The position numbers and the translations under genes are program-made. The notes under the pieces are model-generated. The model saw only the letters and a list, made by a program, of their open reading frames with translations, had not been told where the DNA came from and ran no database searches. Positions 9,347 to 21,293 of a stretch of DNA of 64,000 nt are shown piece after piece. The stretch is taken from positions 1-64,000 of the forward strand of contig CBDUPA010000004.1 of NCBI GenBank assembly GCA_965368975.1. The letters are read 5' to 3'. Source of the stretch: an uncultured bacterium. Lineage in GTDB: Bacteria > Acidobacteriota > Thermoanaerobaculia > Multivoradales > JAHZIX01. The first letter of the stretch is position 1, and each line of letters opens with the position of its first letter.

Positions 9347-12274
9347 GTGCAGAACCGCCGCCAACAGATTTTCCGAATAGCGTTCTTGCTCCTCAACGTG
9401 GCCTTGGCTGCTGCCGTGGTGGCTGTAGGCGGAGCCAGTGTGCATCGCAAGGTGGCAGAGTTCCAGACCGTTGGTTTCCAGGCCGATCCGGCTCCGGGAG
9501 GCTGGGAGATCACGGCCGCGGACCCGGAGGCCAGTGCGCTGCGCAGCGGCGACGTGATCCTGCTGGTCAACGGTGCCGAGGCGAGCACGATCGACAGCCT
9601 GCGTGAAGTCCTTCTGCGCCTGCCCGAGAGCCAGCTGATGGTCGAGCGGGCGGGTGAGCTGGAGGCTATTGCCTTCGTGCGCCCGGGCATCAATCTCGAC
9701 GTCCCGTACCTGATCCTGGTGCTGATCGGCACGCTCTACCTACTGATCGGTATCTACACGCTGGTCAAGAGCCGCGAGAAGCACAGCTACCTGTTCTACC
9801 TCTGGTGCCTGGCGTACACGTTGGTCTTTCTGCTCGCACCGGGCTCCGGCTTCGACGCCTTCGACCGCTGGTTCTACGGCATCGAGCGCGTCGCTCGATG
9901 GTTGCTGCCGGCGCTCACCTTGCACCTCTTTCTGGTCTTCCCCGAGCGCTTGGGGAGCACCGTTGCGCAGCGCCGGATCGTGCCGTTCTTCTACCTGCCC
10001 GCCGCGGTCCTGCTGCCGGTCGATCTGGACCTGATCCTGGCCAGTGGTGGTTGGCTGTTGGGGGCGCCATCACAGGCACAGATGGAAACCATCGTGCCGT
10101 TGCTCGACCAGCTGAGCCTCTACCACCTGGTGCTCTACTCGCTGGCCGCCGCACTCTTGTTGATCTACCGGGTGGTGCGGCGCGAGGACTGGCAGGAGCG
10201 GCGACAGGTGATGTGGGTGGCGCTGGGCATGGGCATCGGCTATCTGCCGCTGCTCGCCTTCTTGCTGCTGCAGGAGCTACCGGCGCTGGGTGAGCTGGCG
10301 ACCTCCGAGTGGGCTGAGTCGCTGGCGGTCTTGCCGCTCGGTCTCGTGCCGGTCACCTTCGCCTGGGCCATTCTGCGCCACAAGCTGTGGGATATCGAGA
10401 TCGTGGTGCGCGACGCCGCTGCCTACACCGCGACCGCGCTGCTCGGCATCCTCGGCTTCTCATTGGTCAATCTGGTGGTGACGCGCGGGCTGTCCGAAGA
10501 GCTGGGCATGGTGCGCAACCTGGTTTCGTTCGGTGCTGGCGTGGTGATCGCGGCGATGGTGGTACCGGCCCGTAAGCGCATCAGCTCGACGCTCGAACGC
10601 CTGCAGTACCGCCGCACCTTCGACCAACGCCAGGAACTGGCCCAGCTGGCCGGAGAGCTGCTCCACGAGCGCGATCTGCACCGCCTGTGCACGGCACTGC
10701 TCGAACATCTCGAAGACGGTCTGCTACTGCAGCGTGTCAATCTCTACCTAGGGCACGAAGAACTCCTGGTACCGGTGCGTCCGGCGGCTCCGATCTCGCT
10801 CGACTCCGGCACCCGCCGTCTTGGCTCGCCCGACCTGCCGCTCGACGCCCTCGGGGAACCCGTGTGGCGCAGCGAGGTGGCGGCCATCTCCGGTGTCGGC
10901 CTGCCTGGCGGTGAGCTGACGGTCGAGCAGCAGCTATACAAGGAAGGCTACCGCTACGCCTTTCCGCTGACCGTCCACGGTCGCAAGATCGGTCTGGCGG
11001 TGGCGGGCTACAAACTGGATCACAAGCCGCTCAACGGTGACGACCTGGCGCTGGTGCGCGGCCTGCTGAACCAGGCGGCGCTGGCGATCGAGAACGCGCA
11101 GCTACTCGACGAGCTGTACCACCAGCTGGACGAGGTCGGACGCCTGCAACAGTTCAACGAGGGCATCATCGAATCGTCGCCGGCAGGTATTGCGGTGCTC
11201 GACGACATGGACCGCATGATCTCGGTGAACACCGCGTTCCGCCGTCTCCTGGATGTCCATGGCCAGGTGGACACTGGCTCGGCGTTGATCCATCGGCGTC
11301 TGGAAGAGGTCCTGCCGATCCGGCCTCTGCCCATGCCGAAGGACGGTCTCGTCGAGGTCAGCTACTGTGATCCGGGTGGAGAAGAGCATTACTTGCAGCT
11401 CAGCGTTGCCGAGCTCCAGGGCCGCTCGCCGAGTGATCTGTCTTTGCGCGTCCTGGTGGTGCACGATGTCAGCCAGCGCACAGCCATGGAAGCCGCCCTG
11501 CGCGAGCAGGAGCGGCTAGCGTCGCTCGGCATGTTGGCTGCGGGCGTCGCGCACGAGGTCAACACGCCGATCACCGGCATTTCGAGCTACGCCCAGATGC
11601 TGCTCGACGACACGCCGCCCGAGGACCCGCGCCATCGCCTGCTCAAGAAAGTGGAGGCGCAGACCTTCCGTGCTTCGCGCATCGTCAACAACTTGCTGAC
11701 CTTCGCGCGCAGCCGGCGCGACGAGTCGCAGGATCTCGACCTGCAACGCCTGCTGCGTGAGACGGTCGACCTGCTCAAGGAGCGGTTGTCGAAGCGCGGG
11801 ATTCGCGTCGATTGGCAGGTCGCAGAAGAGGGCCTCGATGCCAACGGCACTTTGATGGTCCACGGCAATGACGGCGAGTTACAGCAGGTGTTCACCAATT
11901 TGCTGATCAATGCCATCGATGCCATGTCGCCGGATCCGGATGCCTCGAACTTCCGTCGCCACGGTGGCGAGCTGCACCTGCGGCTGTACCGGGCCGCGCG
12001 TGCCGAGGGTGGCGGGCAGATCTGTGTCGAGATCGAGGACACCGGTCGTGGTATTCCGCCCGAGCGGCTGGCGAAGATCTTCCAACCCTTCTTCTCCACC
12101 AAGCTCAGCCGTGGTGGTACCGGTCTCGGGCTGTCTATCAGCTACGACATCGTCGTCCGCCACGGCGGTACGATGGAGGTCGACAGTCGCTTGGGTCAGG
12201 GTGCGTGCTTCACCGTGCGGCTGCCCGAGGTCGACGCCAATGCCAGTGCCAATACTGGTGCTGGAACGGTCTGA
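9347..12274 (+). CDS. Membrane sensor histidine kinase (PDZ, multi-TM, GAF, PAS, HisKA, HATPase)
   Basis: LRSGDVILLVNG (PDZ), many TM helices, LLNQAALAIENA (GAF), AAGVAHEVNTP H-box, QVFTNLLINAIDAM, DTGRGI, FFSTK, GTGLGL. GTG 9347 preferred over 9251. Confidence 0.9.
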   Translation: MQNRRQQIFRIAFLLLNVALAAAVVAVGGASVHRKVAEFQTVGFQADPAPGGWEITAADPEASALRSGDVILLVNGAEASTIDSLREVLLRLPESQLMVERAGELEAIAFVRPGINLDVPYLILVLIGTLYLLIGIYTLVKSREKHSYLFYLWCLAYTLVFLLAPGSGFDAFDRWFYGIERVARWLLPALTLHLFLVFPERLGSTVAQRRIVPFFYLPAAVLLPVDLDLILASGGWLLGAPSQAQMETIVPLLDQLSLYHLVLYSLAAALLLIYRVVRREDWQERRQVMWVALGMGIGYLPLLAFLLLQELPALGELATSEWAESLAVLPLGLVPVTFAWAILRHKLWDIEIVVRDAAAYTATALLGILGFSLVNLVVTRGLSEELGMVRNLVSFGAGVVIAAMVVPARKRISSTLERLQYRRTFDQRQELAQLAGELLHERDLHRLCTALLEHLEDGLLLQRVNLYLGHEELLVPVRPAAPISLDSGTRRLGSPDLPLDALGEPVWRSEVAAISGVGLPGGELTVEQQLYKEGYRYAFPLTVHGRKIGLAVAGYKLDHKPLNGDDLALVRGLLNQAALAIENAQLLDELYHQLDEVGRLQQFNEGIIESSPAGIAVLDDMDRMISVNTAFRRLLDVHGQVDTGSALIHRRLEEVLPIRPLPMPKDGLVEVSYCDPGGEEHYLQLSVAELQGRSPSDLSLRVLVVHDVSQRTAMEAALREQERLASLGMLAAGVAHEVNTPITGISSYAQMLLDDTPPEDPRHRLLKKVEAQTFRASRIVNNLLTFARSRRDESQDLDLQRLLRETVDLLKERLSKRGIRVDWQVAEEGLDANGTLMVHGNDGELQQVFTNLLINAIDAMSPDPDASNFRRHGGELHLRLYRAARAEGGGQICVEIEDTGRGIPPERLAKIFQPFFSTKLSRGGTGLGLSISYDIVVRHGGTMEVDSRLGQGACFTVRLPEVDANASANTGAGTV

Positions 12275-12285
12275 GTCTGCGCTGC

Positions 12286-13680
<1,395 letters not shown>

Positions 13681-13738
13681 CCGCATCGGGACGGGTAGTA
13701 CAGGAACCGTGGGCAGGGTAAGAGGTACAATCCCTCGT

Positions 13739-16018
13739 ATGTTCGCCCGCCCCAGTCTGCCCTTCCTGACCCTGTTCTGTCTCCTCGCCGCCTGCGGCTC
13801 CGACACCGTCAGCTTCGACGGTCCTGACTTCCCTACGGCGGGTGTCGCGGCGGCGGCAGAGCTGCTCGTGGTGCCGGACAGCGATTGGTACCAGCACCCG
13901 GATCGCGACGTCTGGGCCTTTCGCGGTCGCGGACGCGTCTACGTCGATGTACGACAGCGTCCCTTGTCGCCCTTGCGGATCTACCTGCAGGGGGATCCGG
14001 AGGACGCGGGCAAGCTGTACCAGGTGAGCTGGAACGGTGAGATCCTGCTCGACGAGGCCACCGCGCCGAACCGTGGCGATCTGGAGATAGAGATCCCGCG
14101 CGATCGGCTCGAGCCGGGGCGCTATGTGCTCGAAGTGCGCCGCATCTACCGCCGTGGCGCCGGTAGCGGGCACGACAATACCTTTAGCGGTTTTGGCTAC
14201 CGACTCGGTCGTACCGCGACCGAGTTCACCTTCGACCAGCTGCCGCGCTTCCAGTACCTGGCCGCCTTCCTCGGTCGCGGCGTCACGGGCCTCGACACGG
14301 GCTCGGGTCCTGTGCGTCGCGACGGGCTCGTGATGCTGGCCGGGGCGAGCGCGAAGGTCGACCTCGACCTTCCGGCAGCCGGCCACCTGGAGCTGGTGCT
14401 GGAGAACGTCTCGGACAGCATGGCTTGCTTTTCTCTGGGTGAAGAGGGTGGCCCGACCTACATCATCGCGGTGCAGCCGCAGAGTCAGCGCGACGCACGC
14501 ATACCGGTGAAGAGTGGGCGTCAACGGCTGGCGCTGCGGGTCGACCGGCAGACGCCGGACGGCATCTACCTGTGGGGTGAGCCCACCTTTACACCGCGTC
14601 CTCCCCGGGGGGAGCGACTGGCAGCCGAGCCCGCGGAAGCGGCAGTTCCGGTCTTCCTCATCACCCTCGACACCACGCGTAAGGACGCGCTCAGTCCCTA
14701 CGGTGGCGACCCCGCCCTTACGCCGAACCTGCAGCACTTCGCGCATGGTGCCACCGTCTTCGACAACGCCTACAGCACCTCGCCCTGGACCCTGCCTAGC
14801 CATGCTTCGATCTTCACCGGTGTCTACCCGTCGCACCACGAAGCCGGCGTCGGCGAAACGCAGTTGCCAGCCGTGGGCTCCGCGGCACGACCCACGCTCG
14901 CCTCCGAGCTGCGCGCCGCCGGCTACTTCACGGCCGGCTTCGCCGGGGGCCGCATGGTGCACCACGACTACGGCGTCGGTCGTGGCTTCGCCCACTACCG
15001 CGATCCCGACGCCTTCGAGACCCCCGGTGACCGCCTCACTGCCTACCTCGAGGCCCAGCTGCGGCGCCGTGCGTTTGCAGCCAAGCCGCTCTTCGTCTTT
15101 GCCAACTATTTCGACCCGCACGCTCTCTACCTGGCGCCGCGTGAGTTTCGCCAGCGTGCGCACGTTGGTCAGCACCGGCAAGCGCTCGAAGGGCACCCGA
15201 TCTGGCAGACCTTCGACCGCGCCGAAGCGGGAGCCACCGCCGCCTGGCGTCAAATGATCGATGGCGAAGCCACGGTCACTCCCGAGCTACTCGCCTACCT
15301 GCGCGCCGCCTACCACAGCGAGATCGCCTTCCTCGACCACCAGCTCGGCCGTCTCTTCGAGCTGCTGCGCGAACTCGACCTGTACGACCAGGCGCTGATC
15401 ATCCTAGTGGCCGACCATGGCGAGCTCCTCGGCGAGTACGGGGGCTTGTTCTCGCACGCCGGTCGTCTGGACCCGGAGTTGACCGAGATCCCGCTGCTGA
15501 TCAAGTGGCCGGGCCAGAGCGAAGGCCGGCGCGTCGAGGAGTTGGTGTCGCAGGTTGATCTCTTCGCCACCGTGCTGGAAGCAGTGGAGCTGCCGATGCC
15601 GGACCACGGGCAAGCCCATCCCTCCGACGGACGCTCGTTGGCTGCCTTGGTCCAGGGACACGAGGTGGGCGACTGGGACGAGCGCCGCTACCTCTTCCTG
15701 GAAGAGCACGAGAGCCGCATCCACCCCTTGCCCGAGCGCCTGCGCCTCGGTGCCCACGTCTACGGCCTGCAGCGGCCGCTCTTCCGCCAACTGGTGTGGC
15801 AAGCCGGGCGCCGCGACGAAGGTCAGTACCAGGGCGAGTGTTACCGACGTCCAGAGCACGGTCCCGAGCTTGTTTGGCTGTCCGAGCCCTGTGAGGCGCG
15901 GCCCGAAGCCGTGCTCCAGCGCATCGAGCGCACACTGGGCGTCGCCGAGCAGGTGCAGGATGCCGGGGTCGTCAGTGCTGAGGACGAAGCTGCGTTGAAG
16001 GCCTTGGGGTACCTCTGA
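13739..16018 (+). CDS. Lipoprotein sulfatase-like / alkaline phosphatase superfamily enzyme
   Basis: Lipobox LAAC, LITLDTTRKD, STSPWTLPSHASIFTG, NYFDPH, ADHGE. Confidence 0.85.
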   Translation: MFARPSLPFLTLFCLLAACGSDTVSFDGPDFPTAGVAAAAELLVVPDSDWYQHPDRDVWAFRGRGRVYVDVRQRPLSPLRIYLQGDPEDAGKLYQVSWNGEILLDEATAPNRGDLEIEIPRDRLEPGRYVLEVRRIYRRGAGSGHDNTFSGFGYRLGRTATEFTFDQLPRFQYLAAFLGRGVTGLDTGSGPVRRDGLVMLAGASAKVDLDLPAAGHLELVLENVSDSMACFSLGEEGGPTYIIAVQPQSQRDARIPVKSGRQRLALRVDRQTPDGIYLWGEPTFTPRPPRGERLAAEPAEAAVPVFLITLDTTRKDALSPYGGDPALTPNLQHFAHGATVFDNAYSTSPWTLPSHASIFTGVYPSHHEAGVGETQLPAVGSAARPTLASELRAAGYFTAGFAGGRMVHHDYGVGRGFAHYRDPDAFETPGDRLTAYLEAQLRRRAFAAKPLFVFANYFDPHALYLAPREFRQRAHVGQHRQALEGHPIWQTFDRAEAGATAAWRQMIDGEATVTPELLAYLRAAYHSEIAFLDHQLGRLFELLRELDLYDQALIILVADHGELLGEYGGLFSHAGRLDPELTEIPLLIKWPGQSEGRRVEELVSQVDLFATVLEAVELPMPDHGQAHPSDGRSLAALVQGHEVGDWDERRYLFLEEHESRIHPLPERLRLGAHVYGLQRPLFRQLVWQAGRRDEGQYQGECYRRPEHGPELVWLSEPCEARPEAVLQRIERTLGVAEQVQDAGVVSAEDEAALKALGYL

Positions 16019-16040
16019 TGTCCCGGCAGGAGCCGAGGGT

Positions 16041-17963
16041 TTGACGCAGCTGCTCGTCTACCTGCTCGCCTTGCCCCTCCTGGCGCTGCTCGCCTACGCC
16101 CCCGGCTGGGTTTTGCAGTGTCGCTGGTTGCACGTCGGTGAGCTGGCCGAGTTCGCCGTGCCCGTCCGCTTCGCCCTCGGCCTCGGTTTCTGGATGCTTG
16201 CCGCCTTCGCGCTGGCGAGTGTTGGAGCGTACGACCGCCTTGGCATGACGGTCGTGCTCGTCAGCGTTGTCGGACTGGTGCTCTGGCAGCTACGCTCGAG
16301 AGGCGAGCCCCCAAGGCCGCCCGCTGGCCCCTCTGCCTGGCGACAAGATCTTCCGTGGCACCTGTTGCCGGCGTTGGCCCTGCTGGTCACTCTCGCTCTG
16401 CTCTTCCTGCGTGCGTCGAGCCCCGGCATCTCCTGGGACGCCGACACCTACCACCTCACCATCCCGCGCATCTACCTCGACAATGGCGGCTTCACCGTCC
16501 TGCCGTTCAACGTCTATTCGAACTGGCCTCTCGGTCCGCAGCTCCTCTACGGCCTGGTGCTCGAACTCTTTGGCGGCGACCCCGTTCCCGCCAAGCTGGT
16601 GCACTTTGGCTTCGGCGTGCTCGTCCTCGTGACGGTTGTTGCCGCCGTCCGCCGCTGGGCACCCGCGTCCATGCGTATCCCGCTCGCCTGGCTCGCCGCC
16701 GCGCTCTTCCTCGCCAACGGCGTCGTCCAGTTCGAGTTCCATGCCGCCTACGTCGACCTCGCGTACGCCTTCTTCTTCCTAGTAGCTCTGCTGCTGGCCT
16801 GTGTCGCGGCGACCGAGGATGGCAAGACAGGTCGAGATCCCAACAGCCTCCTCCTGCTCTCTGGCCTCGTTGCCGGCGTGCTCACCGGCGTCAAGTTGAC
16901 CGGTATCGTCGGGGCAGCCTGTGTCGCGTTGGTCTACTTGTTCACGGCGCAAGCGCCTTGGCGCGATCGCCTGCACTCGCTAGTGCTGCGCTTCGCGGTG
17001 CCCGTCGCGGTGCTGTGGTCGCCCTGGCTGGTCAAGAGTGCGTGGGCGACTGGCAACCCGATCTATCCCTTCGTCTGGGGTGGACCCAACTGGAGTGCCC
17101 GGCTGAGTGAGCAGTTCAGTGCCTGGCAGCAAGGTATCGGCATGGGTCGGGACCTGCTCGACTATGTGCTGCTCCCCGTGCGCGTTATCCTGGAAGGCGG
17201 CGAAGGCTACGCGCGTTTTGACGGCACCTTCAGTACCCTGTGGCTGGTGCTCGTCCCCTTGGTCCTTCTGGCCGCTTTCCGGTCGCGTTCTCAGCGAGCC
17301 CCGATCCGCGCCTGTGTGCTCGCTGCTGGCCTCTACTTCGTCGCCTGGGCCGTCAGTTCTCAGCAGGCTCGGTTCCTGATTCCCTTGCTGCCTCCGCTGG
17401 CCCTGGCTGCGGGCCTCAGTGTCGGGACCCTGTTGCAGGGCCTGAGCGAGCGCGTAGGTCTCGTCGTGAACGCCGGCACCGTCCTGGCAGCCAGCCTCCT
17501 GATCCTCAGCGCCGGCCTGCCACAAGTCCCCGCCGCGCGCCAGATCGTCGACGGCTATGCGAAGCACGGCGCCGAGCTGCGTCAACGCGCCGTGCCACCG
17601 CACTTGGCCTACATCAACCAGAACCTCCCCGCTGACGCGCGCATCCTCTTGCTCAACACCAACCACGGCTTCCACTGCCACCGCACCTTCTACGCCGACA
17701 GCTTCTTCGAAGCCTCCCAGGTCGGCGATTGGCTGCGCGGTGCCGCGACGCCGGAAGAGCTGCGCGGCCGGCTCGCCGAGTACGGCATCACGCACGTCCT
17801 GGTGGTCGGTCGCGATTGGGGGATCGACTATCCGCCGAGCCTGGGTGAGGTGCTGGCGTCGCCGCGTTGGGGGCGGGTGGTGATCGGGTCGTTGCAGGGG
17901 AACTTGGCGTTGGTGGAACTGGCGCCCGAACGCTCGGACTCCGCTGGTAGACCAACAGATTGA
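16041..17963 (+). CDS. ArnT/PMT-like GT-C membrane glycosyltransferase
   Basis: WDADTYHL, AYVDL, GVKLTG, TGNPIYPF, QQARFLIP, about 14 TM segments. Confidence 0.7.
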   Translation: MTQLLVYLLALPLLALLAYAPGWVLQCRWLHVGELAEFAVPVRFALGLGFWMLAAFALASVGAYDRLGMTVVLVSVVGLVLWQLRSRGEPPRPPAGPSAWRQDLPWHLLPALALLVTLALLFLRASSPGISWDADTYHLTIPRIYLDNGGFTVLPFNVYSNWPLGPQLLYGLVLELFGGDPVPAKLVHFGFGVLVLVTVVAAVRRWAPASMRIPLAWLAAALFLANGVVQFEFHAAYVDLAYAFFFLVALLLACVAATEDGKTGRDPNSLLLLSGLVAGVLTGVKLTGIVGAACVALVYLFTAQAPWRDRLHSLVLRFAVPVAVLWSPWLVKSAWATGNPIYPFVWGGPNWSARLSEQFSAWQQGIGMGRDLLDYVLLPVRVILEGGEGYARFDGTFSTLWLVLVPLVLLAAFRSRSQRAPIRACVLAAGLYFVAWAVSSQQARFLIPLLPPLALAAGLSVGTLLQGLSERVGLVVNAGTVLAASLLILSAGLPQVPAARQIVDGYAKHGAELRQRAVPPHLAYINQNLPADARILLLNTNHGFHCHRTFYADSFFEASQVGDWLRGAATPEELRGRLAEYGITHVLVVGRDWGIDYPPSLGEVLASPRWGRVVIGSLQGNLALVELAPERSDSAGRPTD

Positions 17964-18019
17964 AACATCGGGCACAACTCCGTATCTTCATAGTAGGTAC
18001 GTCGACATCGACTGTATCG

Positions 18020-18199
18020 GACCACATGATCTCCGGGAGGAGCAGTGTCGTGGACCTATCGATCAAAAGTGGCAATCTCGTGATCCGGCCCATTCTGGAA
18101 CCAGAGATAGAGTTGGCAGATTTGCTGGCCAAGGTAACGGACGATAATGTCCAAGGCGAAGTCGACTTCGGTCCGCCCGTGGGTAAGGAGATCTGGTGA
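18020..18199 (+). pseudogene. mazE: 5'-truncated MazE/AbrB antitoxin remnant
   Basis: C-terminus VDLSIKSGNLVIRPILEPEIELADLLAKVTDDNVQGEVDFGPPVGKEIW resembles MazE. The N-terminal KWGNSL DNA-binding motif is absent. Confidence 0.7.
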
Positions 18200-18247
18200 A
18201 TCGTCCCGATTCCGAGCAGATTGCCGGTCGAGGGTGTTGTTCTCAGC
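18196..18247 (+). pseudogene. Fragment of MazF/PemK toxin (internally deleted)
   Basis: GTG overlaps the mazE stop (GTGA). 18209-18247 reads [13 protein letters not shown], like the MazF 'xPxGLPVxGVVLSDQ' segment, in a different frame. Confidence 0.45.
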
Positions 18248-18503
18248 CCTCGTAGTGATACCGGCAAGCGAGAATTCTTAGAACCTCGTTCTCGATCCGA
18301 TATACGAGCCGGTGCTCGCGGTCGATCCTGCGCGACCAACAACCGGCCAGAGCGTGCCGCAGAGGCTCCGGCTTGCCGGTACCGGTGAAGGGAGTCCGGC
18401 GGATCTCCTGGATCAGCTTCAGGATGCGCAGTGCCTTCTTTCGATCTTGGCGAACCCAGAACTCCAGGTCTTCCAAGGCATTTGGATCGAACTCAGTCTG
18501 CAA
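18243..18503 (-). CDS. yoeB: Txe/YoeB family mRNA interferase toxin
   Basis: [37 protein letters not shown], terminal ACRYHY. Confidence 0.93.
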   Translation of the reverse strand: MQTEFDPNALEDLEFWVRQDRKKALRILKLIQEIRRTPFTGTGKPEPLRHALAGCWSRRIDREHRLVYRIENEVLRILACRYHYEG

Positions 18504-18780
18504 GCCCGTCCTCGGACAGGCCGAGCTGTTTCAGCGCTGATTCCAGAGCAATGCCCGGTTCCTTGCTTTTGGCCCGTCCGACCGCCTCTAGCAAGCGGTG
18601 CGCATTCGCTGGCGACCGCAAGAGGTAGGCTGTCTCTTCCAGAGCGTTGTAGTCCTCTTCCGCCAGCACTACCACATTGCCGCCCTTCTTTCGCCGGATC
18701 ACGGTCGGTTCGTGGGAGTGGCACACTTGGTCGAAGAGGGTCTTGAGTTGGCGACGGGCTTGGGTGTAGGTGAAAGACAT
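18493..18780 (-). CDS. yefM: Phd/YefM antitoxin
   Basis: [19 protein letters not shown]...[18 protein letters not shown]; RBS GGAG before ATG 18780; overlaps yoeB. Confidence 0.92.
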   Translation of the reverse strand: MSFTYTQARRQLKTLFDQVCHSHEPTVIRRKKGGNVVVLAEEDYNALEETAYLLRSPANAHRLLEAVGRAKSKEPGIALESALKQLGLSEDGLAD

Positions 18781-18799
18781 GTTGGCTCCTGGATCATAG

Positions 18800-18820
18800 A
18801 TGTACAGGCATATTGTACAT
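18800..18820 (-). promoter_or_regulatory. YefM-YoeB autorepression operator overlapping the -10 box
   Basis: Two TGTACA hexamers (18801-18806, 18814-18819), the known YefM operator core. Minus-strand TACAAT at 18817-18812. Confidence 0.7.
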
Positions 18821-18888
18821 CCTTCTGACTGGTCAGCTAGACGTGGCAGAATCGACTGGCACCTCTCCGAATGAGCTAAACTCGCCTC

Positions 18889-19347
18889 ATGAGCACACCA
18901 ACCCCCCAAGCCCGCATCCAAGACGACCTCAAGACCGCCATGAAGGCGGGTGAGAAGGAGAAGGTCGGGACGCTGCGGATGCTGCTGACCGAGCTGAAGA
19001 ACGAGAAGATCCGCGCCGGTGAGGAGGTCGACGAGGCTCGATTCCTGGCGCTGGTGCAGAAGGCGATCAAGCAGCGGGGGGAGGCGGCTGCGCAGTATAG
19101 GGACGGGGATCGGCTGGAGCTGGCGGAGAAGGAAGAGCGAGAGGCGGCGATTCTGGAGCCGTATTTGCCGGCGCAGTTGTCCGAAGACGAGATTCGGGCC
19201 AAGGTCGAGGCCTACGTGGCGGCCCAGGAGCTTTCCGGCATGAAGGCGATGGGCGCGGCGATGAAGGGGCTGCGGGACGAACTGGGGGCGAGCGCGGACG
19301 GCAAGGTGTTGAGCACGATCGTGCGCGAGGTGCTGAGCGCCGGCTGA
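18889..19347 (+). CDS. GatB/YqeY domain protein
   Basis: [11 protein letters not shown]...LRMLL...[19 protein letters not shown]...MKAMGAAM...ADGK. Confidence 0.92.
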   Translation: MSTPTPQARIQDDLKTAMKAGEKEKVGTLRMLLTELKNEKIRAGEEVDEARFLALVQKAIKQRGEAAAQYRDGDRLELAEKEEREAAILEPYLPAQLSEDEIRAKVEAYVAAQELSGMKAMGAAMKGLRDELGASADGKVLSTIVREVLSAG

Positions 19348-21293
19348 TGCTGCGGGTTGTCGTCGGCACTGCCGGCCATATCGACCACGGGAAGACCAAG
19401 CTCGTCGAGGCCCTGACAGGGATCGACTGTGATCGCTGGGCGGAAGAGAAGAGCCGCGGCATCACGATCGACCTGGGGTTCGCGCACCTGCAGGAAGACG
19501 ACCTGCAGCTCGGCTTCGTCGACGTGCCCGGGCACGAGCGTTTCCTGCACAATGCGCTGGCGGGGCTTGGGGGTATTCGTGTGTTGCTGCTGGTGGTTGC
19601 GGCGGACGAGGGGATCAAGCCACAGACGCGCGAACACCTCGATATCTGCTCGCTGCTGGGCATTCCGTCAGCCGTGGTGGCGCTGACCAAGAAAGACCTG
19701 GTGGACGCGGATTTACTGGAGCTGGCGGCGCTGGAGATCGAGGAGTTGCTCGCCGAGGGACCGAACGGAGCACCGTTCGCCGGAGCGCAGATCGTGCCGG
19801 TGTCGTCGCTGACCGGCGACGGTATCGACGAGCTCAAGAGCAAGCTGATCGAGCTGGCGCGCACGCATGCGGTCCGTGTGGCGGACGACGAGGCGGTCCG
19901 GCTACCGGTGGATCGGGCGTTTGTGCTCAAGGGAGTGGGAGTGGTCGTGACGGGCACGCTGGCGTCGGGACGCGTGGCGCCGGGCGACTCGCTCGAGCTC
20001 CTGCCGCAAGGCGGGACGGCGCGCGTGCGCAGCATTCAGGTGCACGGCACGCCGCGCGACGAGGCGCTGGCAGGGGAGCGAACCTCGTTGCAGCTGTCCG
20101 GCGTCGAACTGGACGACCTGGCGCGCGGGACACAATTGGTGACGCCGGGCTCGCTGCGTGCGGGGCGGCAGTTGTTGCTCCGCTTCCGGCTGCTGCCGGA
20201 CGCGCCGAAAGCGCTATCGGGCTGGGTGCCGTGCCGGTTGCATCTCTTCGCTTCCGAGGTCGTGGGACGCCTGCGACCCCTGCCTCGAGAAGTGGGCGGA
20301 ATCGAGGAGCTGGCGCCGGGTGAGGAAGGACTCGTCGAGGTACGACTGAGTGAGCCGGTGCCGGCGGTGCGCGGGGATCGCTGCATCGTACGACGGCCGT
20401 CTCCGGCGACGACGCTCGGTGGAGGGGTCGTGCTCGATCCGGGCTGGCGCCGGCGGCGTGGCAAGTTGTTGGCGCCAGCGCTGGCGGCTCTGCAAACGGA
20501 TGACGTGGACGATCCGGCCGCCATCGACCGAGCGCTCCGCTTGTGGGTGACCGAGGCGGGTGAGCGCGGCACGGGGAGCGTGGAGCTGGCGCCGCGGCTG
20601 GGGCGGCCACGTGAGGAAGTGCGCAAGCGGTTGGTGGCGCTGGCGTCGGAGGCCAGGCTGCTGGAGGTGGAGGGGATGCAGAGCGATTGCTGGCTGGTGC
20701 CCGCGGCCTACCAGCGGGTGACGGAGCGGGCCAAGCGTGTGCTCGACGCTTACTTTCAGAAGGACCGTCTGGCGCGGGGCATGCCGAAGGCGGAGGCGGT
20801 GCAGCGGATCCTGCCGGGACGCGCGGCCGAGTTGTCGAGCGTCTACCTGCAGTGGTTGCAGGCGCAGAAGGTGCTGTCCCTGGACGGCGACCTGGTGACC
20901 AAGCCGGGACGCCAGGCGCAGCTGACCGGTGAGGAGTCGCAGCTGGCGCGCCAGGTCACGGAGGCTTTCGAGACAGCGGGACTGGCACCGCCGTCGCCGC
21001 CGGAGCTGGGCCGGACGTTGGGAGCCAAGCCGCAGATTCTCGACGGAGTGCTGCGCTATTTGACCGAGCGCGGCAAGCTGGTGCGCCTACCGGGTGGTTT
21101 GATCCTGGCGCGGGCGGCGGTCGACGCGACGGCACGGACACTACGGGCTGATGCGTCGTTGGACCGATTCAAGGTGCCGCAGTTCAAGGACCACTTCGGG
21201 CTGTCGCGCAAGTGGGCGATCCCGTTGCTGGAGTTCCTGGACTCCGAGGGCGTGACGCGACGGTTGGGCGATGAGCGGATGGTGGTGCGGTAG
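19347..21293 (+). CDS. selB: Selenocysteine-specific translation elongation factor SelB
   Basis: [39 protein letters not shown]-terminal winged-helix [20 protein letters not shown]. Confidence 0.95.
   Translation: MLRVVVGTAGHIDHGKTKLVEALTGIDCDRWAEEKSRGITIDLGFAHLQEDDLQLGFVDVPGHERFLHNALAGLGGIRVLLLVVAADEGIKPQTREHLDICSLLGIPSAVVALTKKDLVDADLLELAALEIEELLAEGPNGAPFAGAQIVPVSSLTGDGIDELKSKLIELARTHAVRVADDEAVRLPVDRAFVLKGVGVVVTGTLASGRVAPGDSLELLPQGGTARVRSIQVHGTPRDEALAGERTSLQLSGVELDDLARGTQLVTPGSLRAGRQLLLRFRLLPDAPKALSGWVPCRLHLFASEVVGRLRPLPREVGGIEELAPGEEGLVEVRLSEPVPAVRGDRCIVRRPSPATTLGGGVVLDPGWRRRRGKLLAPALAALQTDDVDDPAAIDRALRLWVTEAGERGTGSVELAPRLGRPREEVRKRLVALASEARLLEVEGMQSDCWLVPAAYQRVTERAKRVLDAYFQKDRLARGMPKAEAVQRILPGRAAELSSVYLQWLQAQKVLSLDGDLVTKPGRQAQLTGEESQLARQVTEAFETAGLAPPSPPELGRTLGAKPQILDGVLRYLTERGKLVRLPGGLILARAAVDATARTLRADASLDRFKVPQFKDHFGLSRKWAIPLLEFLDSEGVTRRLGDERMVVR

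Noticed and set aside
17960-18900. Mobile element or prophage around the TA genes
   Set aside because: No integrase, transposase, terminal inverted repeats or target duplications seen.
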